A stretch of 63,499 bases of DNA. It comes from Candidatus Campbellbacteria bacterium (GTDB lineage Bacteria; Patescibacteriota; Minisyncoccia; Phycocordibacterales; JABAAK01). The notes below the pieces were generated by a model, which did not search any database, was not told the DNA's origin, and was given only the letters and a program-made list of their open reading frames with translations. Shown piece after piece: positions 35,011 through 44,590 of the stretch. A program made the position numbers and the translations under genes. Location of the stretch: positions 1 through 63,499 of the forward strand of contig JAPPQH010000005.1 in assembly GCA_028817035.1 (NCBI GenBank), in the 5' to 3' direction. How positions within the stretch are numbered: position 1 is the first letter of the stretch; each line of letters opens with the position of its first letter.

Positions 35011-35395
35011 CAGATGGGGATTGGAAATCGCCCAAAAATGCGATTCTCCAACAAACCCAACCGATCTCTAAACTCCAAATACAACCAGTTGCTCTGAAGG
35101 GCGGTGTTTATGTTGTATTTGTCTCAGTAGAACTGAAGGCTTGTCGTTTACAGCGGCAACCTTCGGTAAATTAGCGACAGCCCTTAGTGGTTGTTTCTTG
35201 AGGTCCCCAGTAAGCAAAACTTCTGGGTAGGAATGCAGTTAAATCCAAGACTCTACTGAGGCTGAACGATGGAGAAAAGTTGAAAATCCCAACACGGTCG
35301 CAGGAGGACTGGGATATCACAATTTCTTCAAAGGACAGTGAAACTGCAGGCAGCGCGCCAATAACACTTTGTGTTAGGTGCGCTGCTTTTATTTT
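35011..35395 (+). ncRNA. Unassigned structured RNA of about 385 nt
   Basis: Promoter TTGACA (34976-34981), 17-nt spacer, TAAGAT (34999-35004). Long-range pairings 35077-35086/35111-35120 and 35123-35131/35252-35260. Terminator hairpin 35350-35386 plus a T run. Only short spurious ORFs. Confidence 0.55.
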
Positions 35396-35433
35396 TATTA
35401 TGCGAAAATGGGGGTGCGGTGAGCAAGTGGAAA

Positions 35434-35469
35434 CAAGCAAAACACCCGCGGGGGCGGGTGTTTTGCTTG
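35434..35469. other. Perfect 16-bp GC-rich hairpin
   Basis: CAAGCAAAACACCCGC-GGGG-GCGGGTGTTTTGCTTG. It is followed by repeat-like GTGGAGCCACGC / GCGGAGCCGCGC segments and a T run at about 35510. Confidence 0.6.
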
Positions 35470-35532
35470 CGGGGTGGAGCCACGCATCTGTGCGGGGCGG
35501 AGCCGCGCACTTTTTTCCATCTTTTAGATGTT

Positions 35533-36021
35533 TTATTGTGGGCAGGCGGTTAGGTTTGTTGTGGCAAACCTGTACTTTCTGCCTATTCTCTGCTGATCTA
35601 TCGGTATGATACCAGATATTTCAGTGTATTCTCTTGATGTGCCGAGAGAATCGGTGCACCACCAAGTTGGATTTTCTCCTTCAAGTTCAAAGAGGGCGAC
35701 CCATTCGTTTTGTGTGGAGTTGCAGACGATTTTGTCGTCTTTGTTTCCTGTTCTTTTCTGGACTAAGTCCAGAGCTTCTTTAATGGTTTCGCTTGTCTCT
35801 TCACTTAATGAACCTCTGTTTCTGCCGTCTTCTACCACATTGCAAAAGTTTGTGTAGTTACCGTTTTCTGACAAGTATGCGACTGATGTGTCGCGGATGC
35901 TTGAGAGTTCTATTTTTGCTACTGATTGATTTGCGACTATCCTTTCGGGACTTGTCGGCAAAAGCAACCAGATGATGAAAAGTAGAACGAGGACAATAAC
36001 AAGCAACAAAACTTTTTTCAT
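35533..36021 (-). CDS. Pilin-domain-like protein lacking a prepilin cleavage motif
   Basis: N-terminal TM but no G/FTLIE. The C-terminal part resembles the adjacent pilin (FCN..., VCNSTQNEWVALFELEGENPTWWCTDS versus ILCASNKDAWVAAFRLED...NWYCVDS). Confidence 0.55.
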   Translation of the reverse strand: MKKVLLLVIVLVLLFIIWLLLPTSPERIVANQSVAKIELSSIRDTSVAYLSENGNYTNFCNVVEDGRNRGSLSEETSETIKEALDLVQKRTGNKDDKIVCNSTQNEWVALFELEGENPTWWCTDSLGTSREYTEISGIIPIDQQRIGRKYRFATTNLTACPQ

Positions 36022-36050
36022 TTGCTATGTGGTTAAGCGTTGGTTCTTAA

Positions 36051-36623
36051 TTAGTTATTCTCGCAAGTAAAATCTCCTGAGGTTGTTCTCTTAATAGCCG
36101 CATATCCAGACACAGTTGATGCGTTATCATAGTTCCACTCACCACCAGTAGCACTTCCATCGGTTCCGGTAATTTCTTTTGATCGTCCAGCAGAATCAAC
36201 ACAATACCAATTCTCACCATTTGTTGCATCAACATCCTCTAACCTAAAAGCAGCAACCCAAGCATCTTTGTTTGATGCACAAAGAATTCTATTGTTGCCA
36301 CGGGTGCTGAAACGTTCGCTTATTGACACTATTATTGTCTCTGCACTTTCTGATGCTTTCTTCACCTTTTCGTCACTACTGGCAGAATTGGTGAGAAGAG
36401 TTCCACTGTCAGTATTACAAAAAGTTGCAAAGCTGCCACTATTAGCATCCTTATACTCTACACCAACAGTTCTAAGTTGTCCCAACTCCAGTTGTGATAC
36501 ATTAGTGTTTGCTGTGTCCTCAGTCGTTGAAAGGGAAACCAAAACAACGGATGACAAGACACCAATGATAGCAACCACAATAAGCAATTCAATAAGAGTA
36601 AATCCTTTATTCATTATTTTCAT
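36051..36623 (-). CDS. Type IV pilin (major pilin candidate)
   Basis: MKIMNKG/FTLIELLIVVAIIGVLSSVVLVSL class III signal with Glu at +5. Confidence 0.88.
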   Translation of the reverse strand: MKIMNKGFTLIELLIVVAIIGVLSSVVLVSLSTTEDTANTNVSQLELGQLRTVGVEYKDANSGSFATFCNTDSGTLLTNSASSDEKVKKASESAETIIVSISERFSTRGNNRILCASNKDAWVAAFRLEDVDATNGENWYCVDSAGRSKEITGTDGSATGGEWNYDNASTVSGYAAIKRTTSGDFTCENN

Positions 36624-36754
36624 AATAATTTACAATTTTTAATTAATATATTAATAAACACCTAAAAGGTATTAATTTTAATTATATAGATAAAATAAGG
36701 ATTTTATCATTTATTATGCATTAAGGTTGGTGATAAAGAAAAGGCGGAAAATCC

Positions 36755-37957
36755 TTAAAATTGGCTTGAAATTGTGTATATCGGCAGGAGGACAGATGCC
36801 ATCAGAATTGAGACGGCGAGCCCCAAAAACACTATAAGCAGTGGTTCTATGAGTTTTAAGGTGGCGTCTACATAGTCCTTTAACTCATTTTCATAGAAAT
36901 TCGCCGCTGATGCCATCATACTGCTCAGTTCTCCTGTCTCCTCACCGACACGGGACATCTGAGACATAAGCGGAGGTATCAAGTCGGAGTGTGTGTCCAA
37001 CACGCTGGCAAAGGATGATCCACCTTTTATCTTTTTTGATGCATCAATGAGCATTTTTTCATATATGACATTGTCCACGACTTTTGCCGTAACTTCTGTG
37101 GCACGAAGGAGCTGAACACCACTTGTTAACATAAGGGAGATGTTGTTCGCTATGCGAGAGAGGTAGAGGTTTCTATACAACCTCCCTATTATGGGGGTTG
37201 AGAGTTTGAGAAAGTCAAAAAACTTTTTTCCCTGTTTGGTTCTGCTATATTGGAATATTCCACCCAACAAAATAAGTATGAAAATAAAGAGCAAGAGAGA
37301 ATTTCCTGCGACGAAATCACTTATAGCCAACATTATGGAGGTTATAAAAGGAAGTTCGGCTCCTGAATCTACGAGGATGGTCGCTATCTGCGGTATGACG
37401 AAACCAAACATAATCCACATAACTCCAACAAAAGTTAGTATGACAAAAGCGGGATAAATAAGTGCACCTTTTATTTTTCTTGTCACATCATATGACCTCT
37501 CTAAGTAGTCCGCGAGCCGAAGAAAAGATGTGTTTAATGTTCCTGCTTCCTCACCGACGGCGACCATGTTAACATAAAAAGGTGAAAATGCTTCTTCGTG
37601 TTCTGCGAGTGAGTTTGCTATTGGGACACCTTTTTTTATACTCTCAGAAACTTGGGTCAGTATGTCCGCTAATGCGGGGTTGCTGACCTGAGATGTCATA
37701 AGAACGAACGCACGGTAGGCAGGGACACGCGCTTCAAAGAGGGTTGCGATCTGTCTTGAGAAAAGAACTATGTCTTTGTTTTTAACTCTCTTTTTGATTA
37801 TATCAACGCCCCAAACTGATTTCTTTTCTTCTTTCAGAGATATGATTGTTATTCCTCTGCTTTGCAGTGTTGTTATCGCAGAGTTTTTGTTGACTGCTTC
37901 TACCATTCCCTTTGCTTGAACTCCGTCTTTATTTATTCCTGTGTATTCAAAAATCAT
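36755..37957 (-). CDS. pilC: Type IV pilus platform protein PilC (GspF family)
   Basis: 400 aa with two T2SSF repeats and three TM segments. Confidence 0.88.
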   Translation of the reverse strand: MIFEYTGINKDGVQAKGMVEAVNKNSAITTLQSRGITIISLKEEKKSVWGVDIIKKRVKNKDIVLFSRQIATLFEARVPAYRAFVLMTSQVSNPALADILTQVSESIKKGVPIANSLAEHEEAFSPFYVNMVAVGEEAGTLNTSFLRLADYLERSYDVTRKIKGALIYPAFVILTFVGVMWIMFGFVIPQIATILVDSGAELPFITSIMLAISDFVAGNSLLLFIFILILLGGIFQYSRTKQGKKFFDFLKLSTPIIGRLYRNLYLSRIANNISLMLTSGVQLLRATEVTAKVVDNVIYEKMLIDASKKIKGGSSFASVLDTHSDLIPPLMSQMSRVGEETGELSSMMASAANFYENELKDYVDATLKLIEPLLIVFLGLAVSILMASVLLPIYTISSQF

Positions 37958-38028
37958 ATTTGTTTTTTAGTTTTTAGTGTTGGTTTTTGTTTTTTGTTGG
38001 TTGTTTGCTGTTTGCCGATGGATTATGG

Positions 38029-39102
38029 TTATGACAAGAAATAACCAAGCGACTTGGAGTCCGTTGCCATTTGGAGAGCCATTTCGTTGCTTATTTCCCC
38101 TTCTTTTACAAGGTTTGCGAGGGATTGGTCAAGCTGTATCATCCCTTCGTGTAGGTGGCTTTGTATTATTGAGGAGATGTCAGAGAGCCGATTTTCCCTG
38201 ATTATGTTTGCTATCGCGGGGTTGTTGAGCAGAACCTCATAAGCGGGGACAAGTCCGCCGCCGACCCTTGTGACGAGGCGGATGGAGAATATGCCGAGTA
38301 GTGAGTATGAGAGTTGTTCTCTTATCTGCTCTTTGTCGTTGTGAGGGAATGAGCCTACTATTCTGTTTATGGTGTCTGCTGCGCCGTTGGTGTGGAGTGT
38401 TGAGAGGACTAAGTGACCTGTTTCTGATGCTCTTATGGCTGTTGTTATGGTTTCTTTTGTTCTCATCTCACCGACCATCATCACATCCACATCTGCTCTC
38501 AGTGCGGTGTTTAGTCCGTCTTCAAAGTTTTTTACATCTGTTGGGACTTCGCGCTGTGTGATTATACTTTTTTTGGATGAGAGGATGTATTCAATGGGGT
38601 CTTCAATAGTCATTATGTGTCTTGAGTGGCTTTGGTTTGTGTCTTCAAGCATTGAAAAAATTGTTGTTGTCTTTCCGTGACCTACTGGACCGACAACAAG
38701 GAAGAATCCTTGCGACCTGCCGACAACATCTCTAAGGACGGAAGGCAGGGATATTTCTTCTAAGCGGGGGATGAAGGTTGATATGTAGCGGAGGTTTATG
38801 GCTATTGAGCCTTTTGTGAAGTAGGCGCTGCCACGGAAACGGGCGGAGGTTTGGTCTATGGTGTGTGTGTGTGAAAACTGTAGAAACTTTTGTATTGAAA
38901 GCTTTTCTAATTGTTCAGCGGTTAGGAGCTCGGAGAGGAAGTTGTTCATATCTTCGTCTGAGAGTTCTTTTTTGTTTGGTATTGAGATAAGTTTTCTGAA
39001 TACACGGATTGACGGAACAACATTTGGCAAAAGGTGTATGTCTGACCCTTCTTGGTCTATCAAAAGTTCAATGTATTCTCTTAGTTCTGTTTTATAGTCC
39101 AT
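38029..39102 (-). CDS. pilT: Twitching-motility ATPase PilT
   Basis: Walker A GPVGHGKTT, Asp/His boxes (MVGEMR, STLHTN). Start set at MDYKTEL, overlapping the pilB stop by 11 nt. The upstream Q/H/T-rich extension of the track ORF overlaps pilB. Confidence 0.85.
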   Translation of the reverse strand: MDYKTELREYIELLIDQEGSDIHLLPNVVPSIRVFRKLISIPNKKELSDEDMNNFLSELLTAEQLEKLSIQKFLQFSHTHTIDQTSARFRGSAYFTKGSIAINLRYISTFIPRLEEISLPSVLRDVVGRSQGFFLVVGPVGHGKTTTIFSMLEDTNQSHSRHIMTIEDPIEYILSSKKSIITQREVPTDVKNFEDGLNTALRADVDVMMVGEMRTKETITTAIRASETGHLVLSTLHTNGAADTINRIVGSFPHNDKEQIREQLSYSLLGIFSIRLVTRVGGGLVPAYEVLLNNPAIANIIRENRLSDISSIIQSHLHEGMIQLDQSLANLVKEGEISNEMALQMATDSKSLGYFLS

Positions 39103-41419
39103 AGTTTGTGTTGTTATTAAATCCGTTTGGGTTTGGTGTTGGTGTTGTTGTTGGGCTTTTTGGTGTGGCGTTGTTTGGCGTGTTTCGTGCGTTTGGGTCG
39201 GTGTATTTTCCGTTTGCTGTGGCTTGTTCTTCCTCTTCAAGATCTTTACCCATTTTTACCCTTTTGTCTAAATCAACTGCTGGTGCTATGCTTTCGTCAC
39301 CATTTTCACCTTCTTTCTCGCCTACTTTTGTTTCCTGCCCTATTGTGTTTATCTCAGTATATGGGATGGTGCCTTGTGCTGCTTTTCTTATGGCGTCTTC
39401 ATACATTGTAAGCATTCCCTTTTTGCGAACCAACTCATACACTTTGAGTTCTGAGGGCTTTCCAAAGATAAGTTCTTCAACTTGATCATCAACTAAAAAG
39501 CCTTCTAAAACAGCGACACGACCTTTCATCCCTGTGGGACATTTTGGTGTTGGTTGGGCTTGGTATAGTTTATCAATCTTTGGAGCCCTGTCTGAAAATT
39601 CTTCTGGTAGGTCTTCAAACACGCTTTCAAGTTGTTGTTTCATTTTTGCGTGTGGGACAAACTCCTTGCCAACTCCGTCACAAAGACGGCGGACAAGTCG
39701 CTGACCGAAGACGGCTGTTAGTGCGGGTGCGATGAGGTATGGGTCGACGCCCATGTCAATCAGTCGTGGGATGACACCGACCGCAGAGTTGGTGTGTATG
39801 GTAGAGAAAACTTGGTGGCCTGTGAGTGCCGCTTGAACGGCAAGTGCTGCGGTTTCTTTATCACGAATCTCACCAACGAAGATGACATCTGGGTCGCCGC
39901 GGAGTATGCTTCTAAGCCCGTTAGCAAATGTGTATCCTATCTCTGGTCTTATCTCTGACTGGTTTATTCCCTCAATGTTGTATTCAACTGGGTTTTCAAG
40001 TGAGACGATATTTTTTTTCTCTCTGTCTAACTGCGTTAAGATGGAATACATCGTGGTGGTTTTTCCAGAACCAGTTGGTCCTGATGAAAGGATCATTCCG
40101 TATGGTTTTGCTATCGCCTCTTTTACAATGTCAATGTGATCTTTCTCAAACCCTATGTCTTCATAAGAGAGAGAGTCGCGGCTACTATCAAGCAACCGAA
40201 GGACAACCTTCTCCCCTTCTGGTGTCGGAAGTGTCGCAACACGAAAGTCAATTTTTTTGTTTTTTATCCCTGCGGTAAAACGACCGTCTTGTGGGATTCT
40301 TTTTTCATCAAGTCGGATTCTTGACCTTATCTTTAGCTGCGCTGTCAGTGCGCTGTGGACATTTCGCGGAAGTGAAAACGCGCGTGCCAAAACACCATCC
40401 ACGCGGTAACGGATTATGAGTTTCTCGCGATACGGTTCAACATGAATATCAGATGCGTTAATGTCTACACCGCGTATTAGGAGGTTGTTAACCATTTTTG
40501 TTATTGGTGCGTCTTGTCTTATCACCGCGTTTTCTGAAGCGACTTTGCTGTCTTGATCAATGGAAGAAAAAGTAACCTCTTCTTCTGTGGTTGTTGCGTA
40601 GTCATCGCTTTTTTGGTACTCAGACAATGCGTCTTGAACTGCGCTTGTTGTTTCGCTGTATTGTTTCAAAATCGCCTCAAGGACATCTTCATTTATTTTC
40701 ACCAGTTGAAAGTCAATGTTCTCGTGGGTGGAGATGAAGTTAAGGGCATCAATCGCCTCAATGTTCTTTGGGTCGGTGGTGCCCACAACGAGAACATTGT
40801 CGTCCTTCATCTCCAGAGGGACAATCCTGTAATACTTTGCTGAAGCTTCTGGGATGAATTTTAGGATGGGTGGGTCTACCTGATATTTATTGCCATTTGA
40901 TGCGTAATTATTTTTTGGGGGTTGTTGTTGTGGTTGTTGTGGTGCTTGTGGTTGTTGTGCGGCGGTTGTTGGCTGTGGGGTTTTTGTTGGCTGTGCGACT
41001 TTTGTTGCCGACTCTTGTGGTGCTTGCGGTGCTTGTGGTGCTTGCGCGATTTTTTCTTTTTTTAATTCTTTTGCTTTATTTATATTTACAGAAGGATCTA
41101 CCGGCTCTTTTGGTAGCCTGCTGGATAAAACTGATGGTTGTTTTTGTTGTGTTGGCTGTGCTTGTGGTTGCGCTTGTGGCTGCCCTTCTTGTGAGTTCTG
41201 GAATTTTTTTGCCAAACCACCGCCTACGCTATATGCTGTGGTTTCGTTTTCGCTTGTGTCTGTGTCTGTGGGTGTCGCTGTTGCTGTTGCTGTGGCTGTG
41301 GCTGTGTTTGTGCCTGCGCTCAATACATCATCATCTGTGGCGACAACACCCTGTGAGTTGTTAAGGGTGTCGTCCTGTTTTATTACATCTGATTTTTTTG
41401 TTTTTCCAAATAGTGCCAT
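39092..41419 (-). CDS. pilB: Type IV pilus assembly ATPase PilB (GspE family) with low-complexity N and C extensions
   Basis: GPTGSGKTT, GDPDVIFVGEIRD, STIHTN. Contains a (TA)n / Q-P-rich N-terminal region. Confidence 0.9.
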   Translation of the reverse strand: MALFGKTKKSDVIKQDDTLNNSQGVVATDDDVLSAGTNTATATATATATPTDTDTSENETTAYSVGGGLAKKFQNSQEGQPQAQPQAQPTQQKQPSVLSSRLPKEPVDPSVNINKAKELKKEKIAQAPQAPQAPQESATKVAQPTKTPQPTTAAQQPQAPQQPQQQPPKNNYASNGNKYQVDPPILKFIPEASAKYYRIVPLEMKDDNVLVVGTTDPKNIEAIDALNFISTHENIDFQLVKINEDVLEAILKQYSETTSAVQDALSEYQKSDDYATTTEEEVTFSSIDQDSKVASENAVIRQDAPITKMVNNLLIRGVDINASDIHVEPYREKLIIRYRVDGVLARAFSLPRNVHSALTAQLKIRSRIRLDEKRIPQDGRFTAGIKNKKIDFRVATLPTPEGEKVVLRLLDSSRDSLSYEDIGFEKDHIDIVKEAIAKPYGMILSSGPTGSGKTTTMYSILTQLDREKKNIVSLENPVEYNIEGINQSEIRPEIGYTFANGLRSILRGDPDVIFVGEIRDKETAALAVQAALTGHQVFSTIHTNSAVGVIPRLIDMGVDPYLIAPALTAVFGQRLVRRLCDGVGKEFVPHAKMKQQLESVFEDLPEEFSDRAPKIDKLYQAQPTPKCPTGMKGRVAVLEGFLVDDQVEELIFGKPSELKVYELVRKKGMLTMYEDAIRKAAQGTIPYTEINTIGQETKVGEKEGENGDESIAPAVDLDKRVKMGKDLEEEEQATANGKYTDPNARNTPNNATPKSPTTTPTPNPNGFNNNTNYGL

Positions 41420-41423
41420 AGTA

Positions 41424-41723
41424 TTATCTGAAAGGATTTTCTTTACCTTGTGTTGATGGCGTTATGGGTATTGAAAAGTCCTCTCGCGACTGTGAAGAGA
41501 AGCTTGTTATAAACTCTGTGTCTATTTTTATATCTCCTATACTATTTATCAAAACAAGCAATTCATCTGCATCGCTTACTGCCTGTGTTGTGGTTGTTTC
41601 GCCTTCAGCAACTTCTTCAACGGGTGGCGAAACAACTACACTCAAAAAGTAATACACCACGAGTGTTATAACTACGAAATATGCCAACTCTTTTATTAAA
41701 ATTCTTATAGTTTCTGTGTTCAT
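41424..41723 (-). CDS. Small pilus-operon protein (single TM), function unknown
   Basis: 99-aa ORF between pilO and pilB that overlaps the pilO stop. Confidence 0.5.
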   Translation of the reverse strand: MNTETIRILIKELAYFVVITLVVYYFLSVVVSPPVEEVAEGETTTTQAVSDADELLVLINSIGDIKIDTEFITSFSSQSREDFSIPITPSTQGKENPFR

Positions 41724-42292
41724 GATGCAAAATATAATTTAAAGGATATGGAAAACTGCTGTCGCGTATTTTCAACTTCCTGTCCGTCCTCACCAGAACC
41801 ACCGCCACCGCCTCCAGATGTTGTGATGGATTGAATCGCGATACTCCTAACACTTCTCTCTATGTCTATCAAAAATTCTTTCATCTCAAAGTATTCCGCC
41901 TCAAATGTAAAACTCATATTCACCACCGCAACAGAATTATCTGAAGATTCGTTCCCTACTGATAAGTTTACACCATACGGACTAAGTCTTATTAACCTTC
42001 CGTTTCTTGTTATCAGTGATTCAATCTCACGAGCAAAACCAAGCAGGGATTCTGCAGAATATTTAGGAAGTGCGTTGTTTATGAGGGTCTTTGTTGCAGA
42101 AGGTATGCCTTGATATTCCCTGTTTAGAGAATCCCTCTGCTCTTGCAATTCTTGCGTTCTGGTAAAGGCGTTGTTAAGGGATGTCTGTGTCTGCTTCGTC
42201 CCCTCAACTGCAAGCCATACCGACTGAGACAGGTAGAAATAAACTAAACCTGCTACGATGATGAACAATACTGGTGTGATTATCTGTCTCAT
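41720..42292 (-). CDS. pilO: PilO-like pilus assembly protein
   Basis: N-terminal TM, coiled-coil, C-terminal alpha/beta domain. Position in the operon supports the call. Confidence 0.65.
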   Translation of the reverse strand: MRQIITPVLFIIVAGLVYFYLSQSVWLAVEGTKQTQTSLNNAFTRTQELQEQRDSLNREYQGIPSATKTLINNALPKYSAESLLGFAREIESLITRNGRLIRLSPYGVNLSVGNESSDNSVAVVNMSFTFEAEYFEMKEFLIDIERSVRSIAIQSITTSGGGGGGSGEDGQEVENTRQQFSISFKLYFAS

Positions 42293-42297
42293 AATAA

Positions 42298-43317
42298 TTA
42301 AGGCGAATTAGTGGGCGGTGCCGTTGTGGTGGCATCTGGCGTTGGAGGTGTTGTGGCGCCTGGCACTTGTCGTGTAGGGAGCCCTTGTTGTGCGGGGTTG
42401 GTTGGTTGTGAATTTTGTGGGGTTGTTTGTTGCTGTTGTTGTGGTTGTTGTTGTGGTTGTTGTTGTGCCGGATTTGCTGCCGGATTTATCGCTGGGTTTG
42501 CTGCTGGTTGCTGACCAAAAAAACTCGCGGGGTCAATATCAACGCCACCCTGCTCAGGGACAACGCCACTGCCTTGCTCATTATTATTGCCGTCAATAAT
42601 AATGGCGGATTGTGGTGAGGAAGGGTCTTGTGTGTTTTCTTGTATAGTGTTAGGAATTACAGCATCGCGAGTTGCTTCTTTTTTTATTAAATCTTTACCA
42701 ATGTTGCCCGAAACACTAAAGACATAATTGCTTGCTTGATCCCTTGGAGAAAAACTCACCTGTGAAACATTCAAAGAAGAGAAAAGTGTGTCGGACTTGA
42801 AGGCTCTTATTTGGTTTATTATGTCATTCAACGACACCAACTCTCCAGAAAAAGTTAAAGAATAACTATCATCATTTTCTGTTATGCTTATGTTGTAAAT
42901 TGTTGCATCCGACAACAAAACTTTTTCAAACCGACCAAAAAATCCGTTAAAAGAAATACGCGAAGTCTCAATCTGTTTCAACGCATTCACATTGTTATGA
43001 AAACCATCAATCTCCTTTATCAACTCTGGATTAAAGTAATCTTTCGCATCAACAAGTTGTTGTTGCAATGATTCAATCTGCCTGCCAAGATACCAGTTGT
43101 ATGCATGCCCTGCACCATACCAACCAAGCGAAGACAAAAGAAGTAAGAAAGACAAAATATAAAATATGGAAATCTTTTTCTCTGGCTTTTGGCTGTAAAC
43201 ACTATCCAAATCAGGACGGCTGCTTTGGTCCTGTCTTTGTTGCTGCAGTTGTTGCGGCTGATTATCCTGATTTACTGTCGGACTTTTCGTGAAATTATTG
43301 GCAAATTGAGGAATCAT
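42298..43317 (-). CDS. pilN: PilN-like pilus assembly protein with Q/P-rich termini
   Basis: Single TM followed by a coiled-coil. Lies between pilM and pilO. Confidence 0.6.
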   Translation of the reverse strand: MIPQFANNFTKSPTVNQDNQPQQLQQQRQDQSSRPDLDSVYSQKPEKKISIFYILSFLLLLSSLGWYGAGHAYNWYLGRQIESLQQQLVDAKDYFNPELIKEIDGFHNNVNALKQIETSRISFNGFFGRFEKVLLSDATIYNISITENDDSYSLTFSGELVSLNDIINQIRAFKSDTLFSSLNVSQVSFSPRDQASNYVFSVSGNIGKDLIKKEATRDAVIPNTIQENTQDPSSPQSAIIIDGNNNEQGSGVVPEQGGVDIDPASFFGQQPAANPAINPAANPAQQQPQQQPQQQQQTTPQNSQPTNPAQQGLPTRQVPGATTPPTPDATTTAPPTNSP

Positions 43318-43397
43318 AGTTATGTTTTCTTATTATAACACCTACAAAACAACAAACACCTTTTTATAAAGGGTTTTATTGTGGTTTATTGTGGTTT

Positions 43398-44555
43398 TTA
43401 TCTGTCCTCTTCACCCAAAGAACGAAGAGCCGAACCGATGGCGACAGAAAACTCAGGGCCTATGCGTTTTACGGAATTAGCAAGATATTTGGGGGTTTTA
43501 ATAGAGAAAAATGGGGATGCCATTTCAATATCCACATTTATATTCTCTTTTGCAAGGTCCAAAAAGCCCTCAAGGATGGAGCCGCCGCCCGTCAAAACAA
43601 CCTTTCCCACATTTTTTCTATACTTATTTTGGAAAGTACCCAATGAGCTGTTTATCTCACCAATGATATCTTTAACCACAAGCCCCTGCGCTCTGCGGGC
43701 GTTCTCATCACTAATAGACAAACCCTCTGCCCTTTTGACTGCCTCTGCCTCGCTAAAAGTAAAGTTCAAACTCTTTGCAAGAGCAAGGGTGATGTCCTGC
43801 CCTCCCTTGTTTATGAAGTGGGAACGAAGGATAACACCATTTTCAACTATGTAAAACTTTGTTGTGTTCGCGCCCATATCAATTATGAGTGTGGGGAAAA
43901 AATTTCTTGGCAACACCGAACGGAGAACACTAAATATCTCTATCTCAAAAAAGTTTATATTCAAATTAGACGACTGTGCCACATTTTTATATTTTGATAA
44001 CTGATCGTTGTGTATCGCAACCAAAAGAACTTTCGCCTTGTCTTCTTTCTTTGGCGCATCTTTTGGTTTTTGTTCAGTATCAACTAATTCATCCCCCTCT
44101 TCCTTCGGTTCAAAAAGTGCTTGCGCTTTTGACAAAACATTTTCAGGAACAATAAACCAATCAATAGAAACCTCTTCAATGGGGATGGGAATGTATTTAC
44201 GCACCTCGTAAGGAATTATTTGCGCCAGTTTTTTCTCTGCAACATTTGGAACTTCAATAAGTGAAATCAAACTCGCAGAAAAAGGTATGGAAAGACCAGC
44301 AGACCTTGTTGACACACCTGACTCTTTTAAAAGATCGGTGAACACTTCAAGCAAAATTTTATCCGACACATTGTCTATGGAACAACCCACCTCTTTTTTT
44401 ACATAAGGACCTATCGCAAGAGAGCCGTATGTCTCAAGTTCCACAACGCCCTTGTCTTTTTTTAACTGGACAATTTTTATAGAAGAGGAGCCGATATCAA
44501 CTCCCACAACGGATTTAGCATTGCTTTTGAAAAATTTTGAAAAAATAGATACCAT
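43398..44555 (-). CDS. pilM: PilM (actin-like pilus assembly ATPase)
   Basis: VGVDIGSSSIKIV phosphate-1 motif and LTGGGS. ATG at 44555; the track start at 44591 is TTG. Confidence 0.85.
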   Translation of the reverse strand: MVSIFSKFFKSNAKSVVGVDIGSSSIKIVQLKKDKGVVELETYGSLAIGPYVKKEVGCSIDNVSDKILLEVFTDLLKESGVSTRSAGLSIPFSASLISLIEVPNVAEKKLAQIIPYEVRKYIPIPIEEVSIDWFIVPENVLSKAQALFEPKEEGDELVDTEQKPKDAPKKEDKAKVLLVAIHNDQLSKYKNVAQSSNLNINFFEIEIFSVLRSVLPRNFFPTLIIDMGANTTKFYIVENGVILRSHFINKGGQDITLALAKSLNFTFSEAEAVKRAEGLSISDENARRAQGLVVKDIIGEINSSLGTFQNKYRKNVGKVVLTGGGSILEGFLDLAKENINVDIEMASPFFSIKTPKYLANSVKRIGPEFSVAIGSALRSLGEEDR

Positions 44556-44590
44556 TGATAATATAGATTCTGAAAAGAACTCTACAATCA

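Noticed and set aside
35011-35395. Calling the 385-nt RNA tmRNA (ssrA) or RNase P RNA (rnpB) on the basis of its size and GGGG start.
   Set aside because: I could not find a T-loop (GGUUCRA) with a 3' strand complementary to the 5' end, an alanine-ending tag ORF, or the conserved RNase P P4 strands. I left it unassigned pending covariance-model search.
35171-35609. Overlapping short ORFs (35171-35440, 35280-35609, 35328-35510, 35371-35553).
   Set aside because: They overlap each other in several frames within a GC-rich non-coding region delimited by a promoter and terminators. There are no SDs or leaderless signatures.
38029-39240. Q/H/T-rich 46-aa N-terminal extension of PilT given by the track ORF.
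   Set aside because: That stretch overlaps the 3' end of pilB in another frame. The conserved PilT N terminus begins at MDYKTEL (39102).
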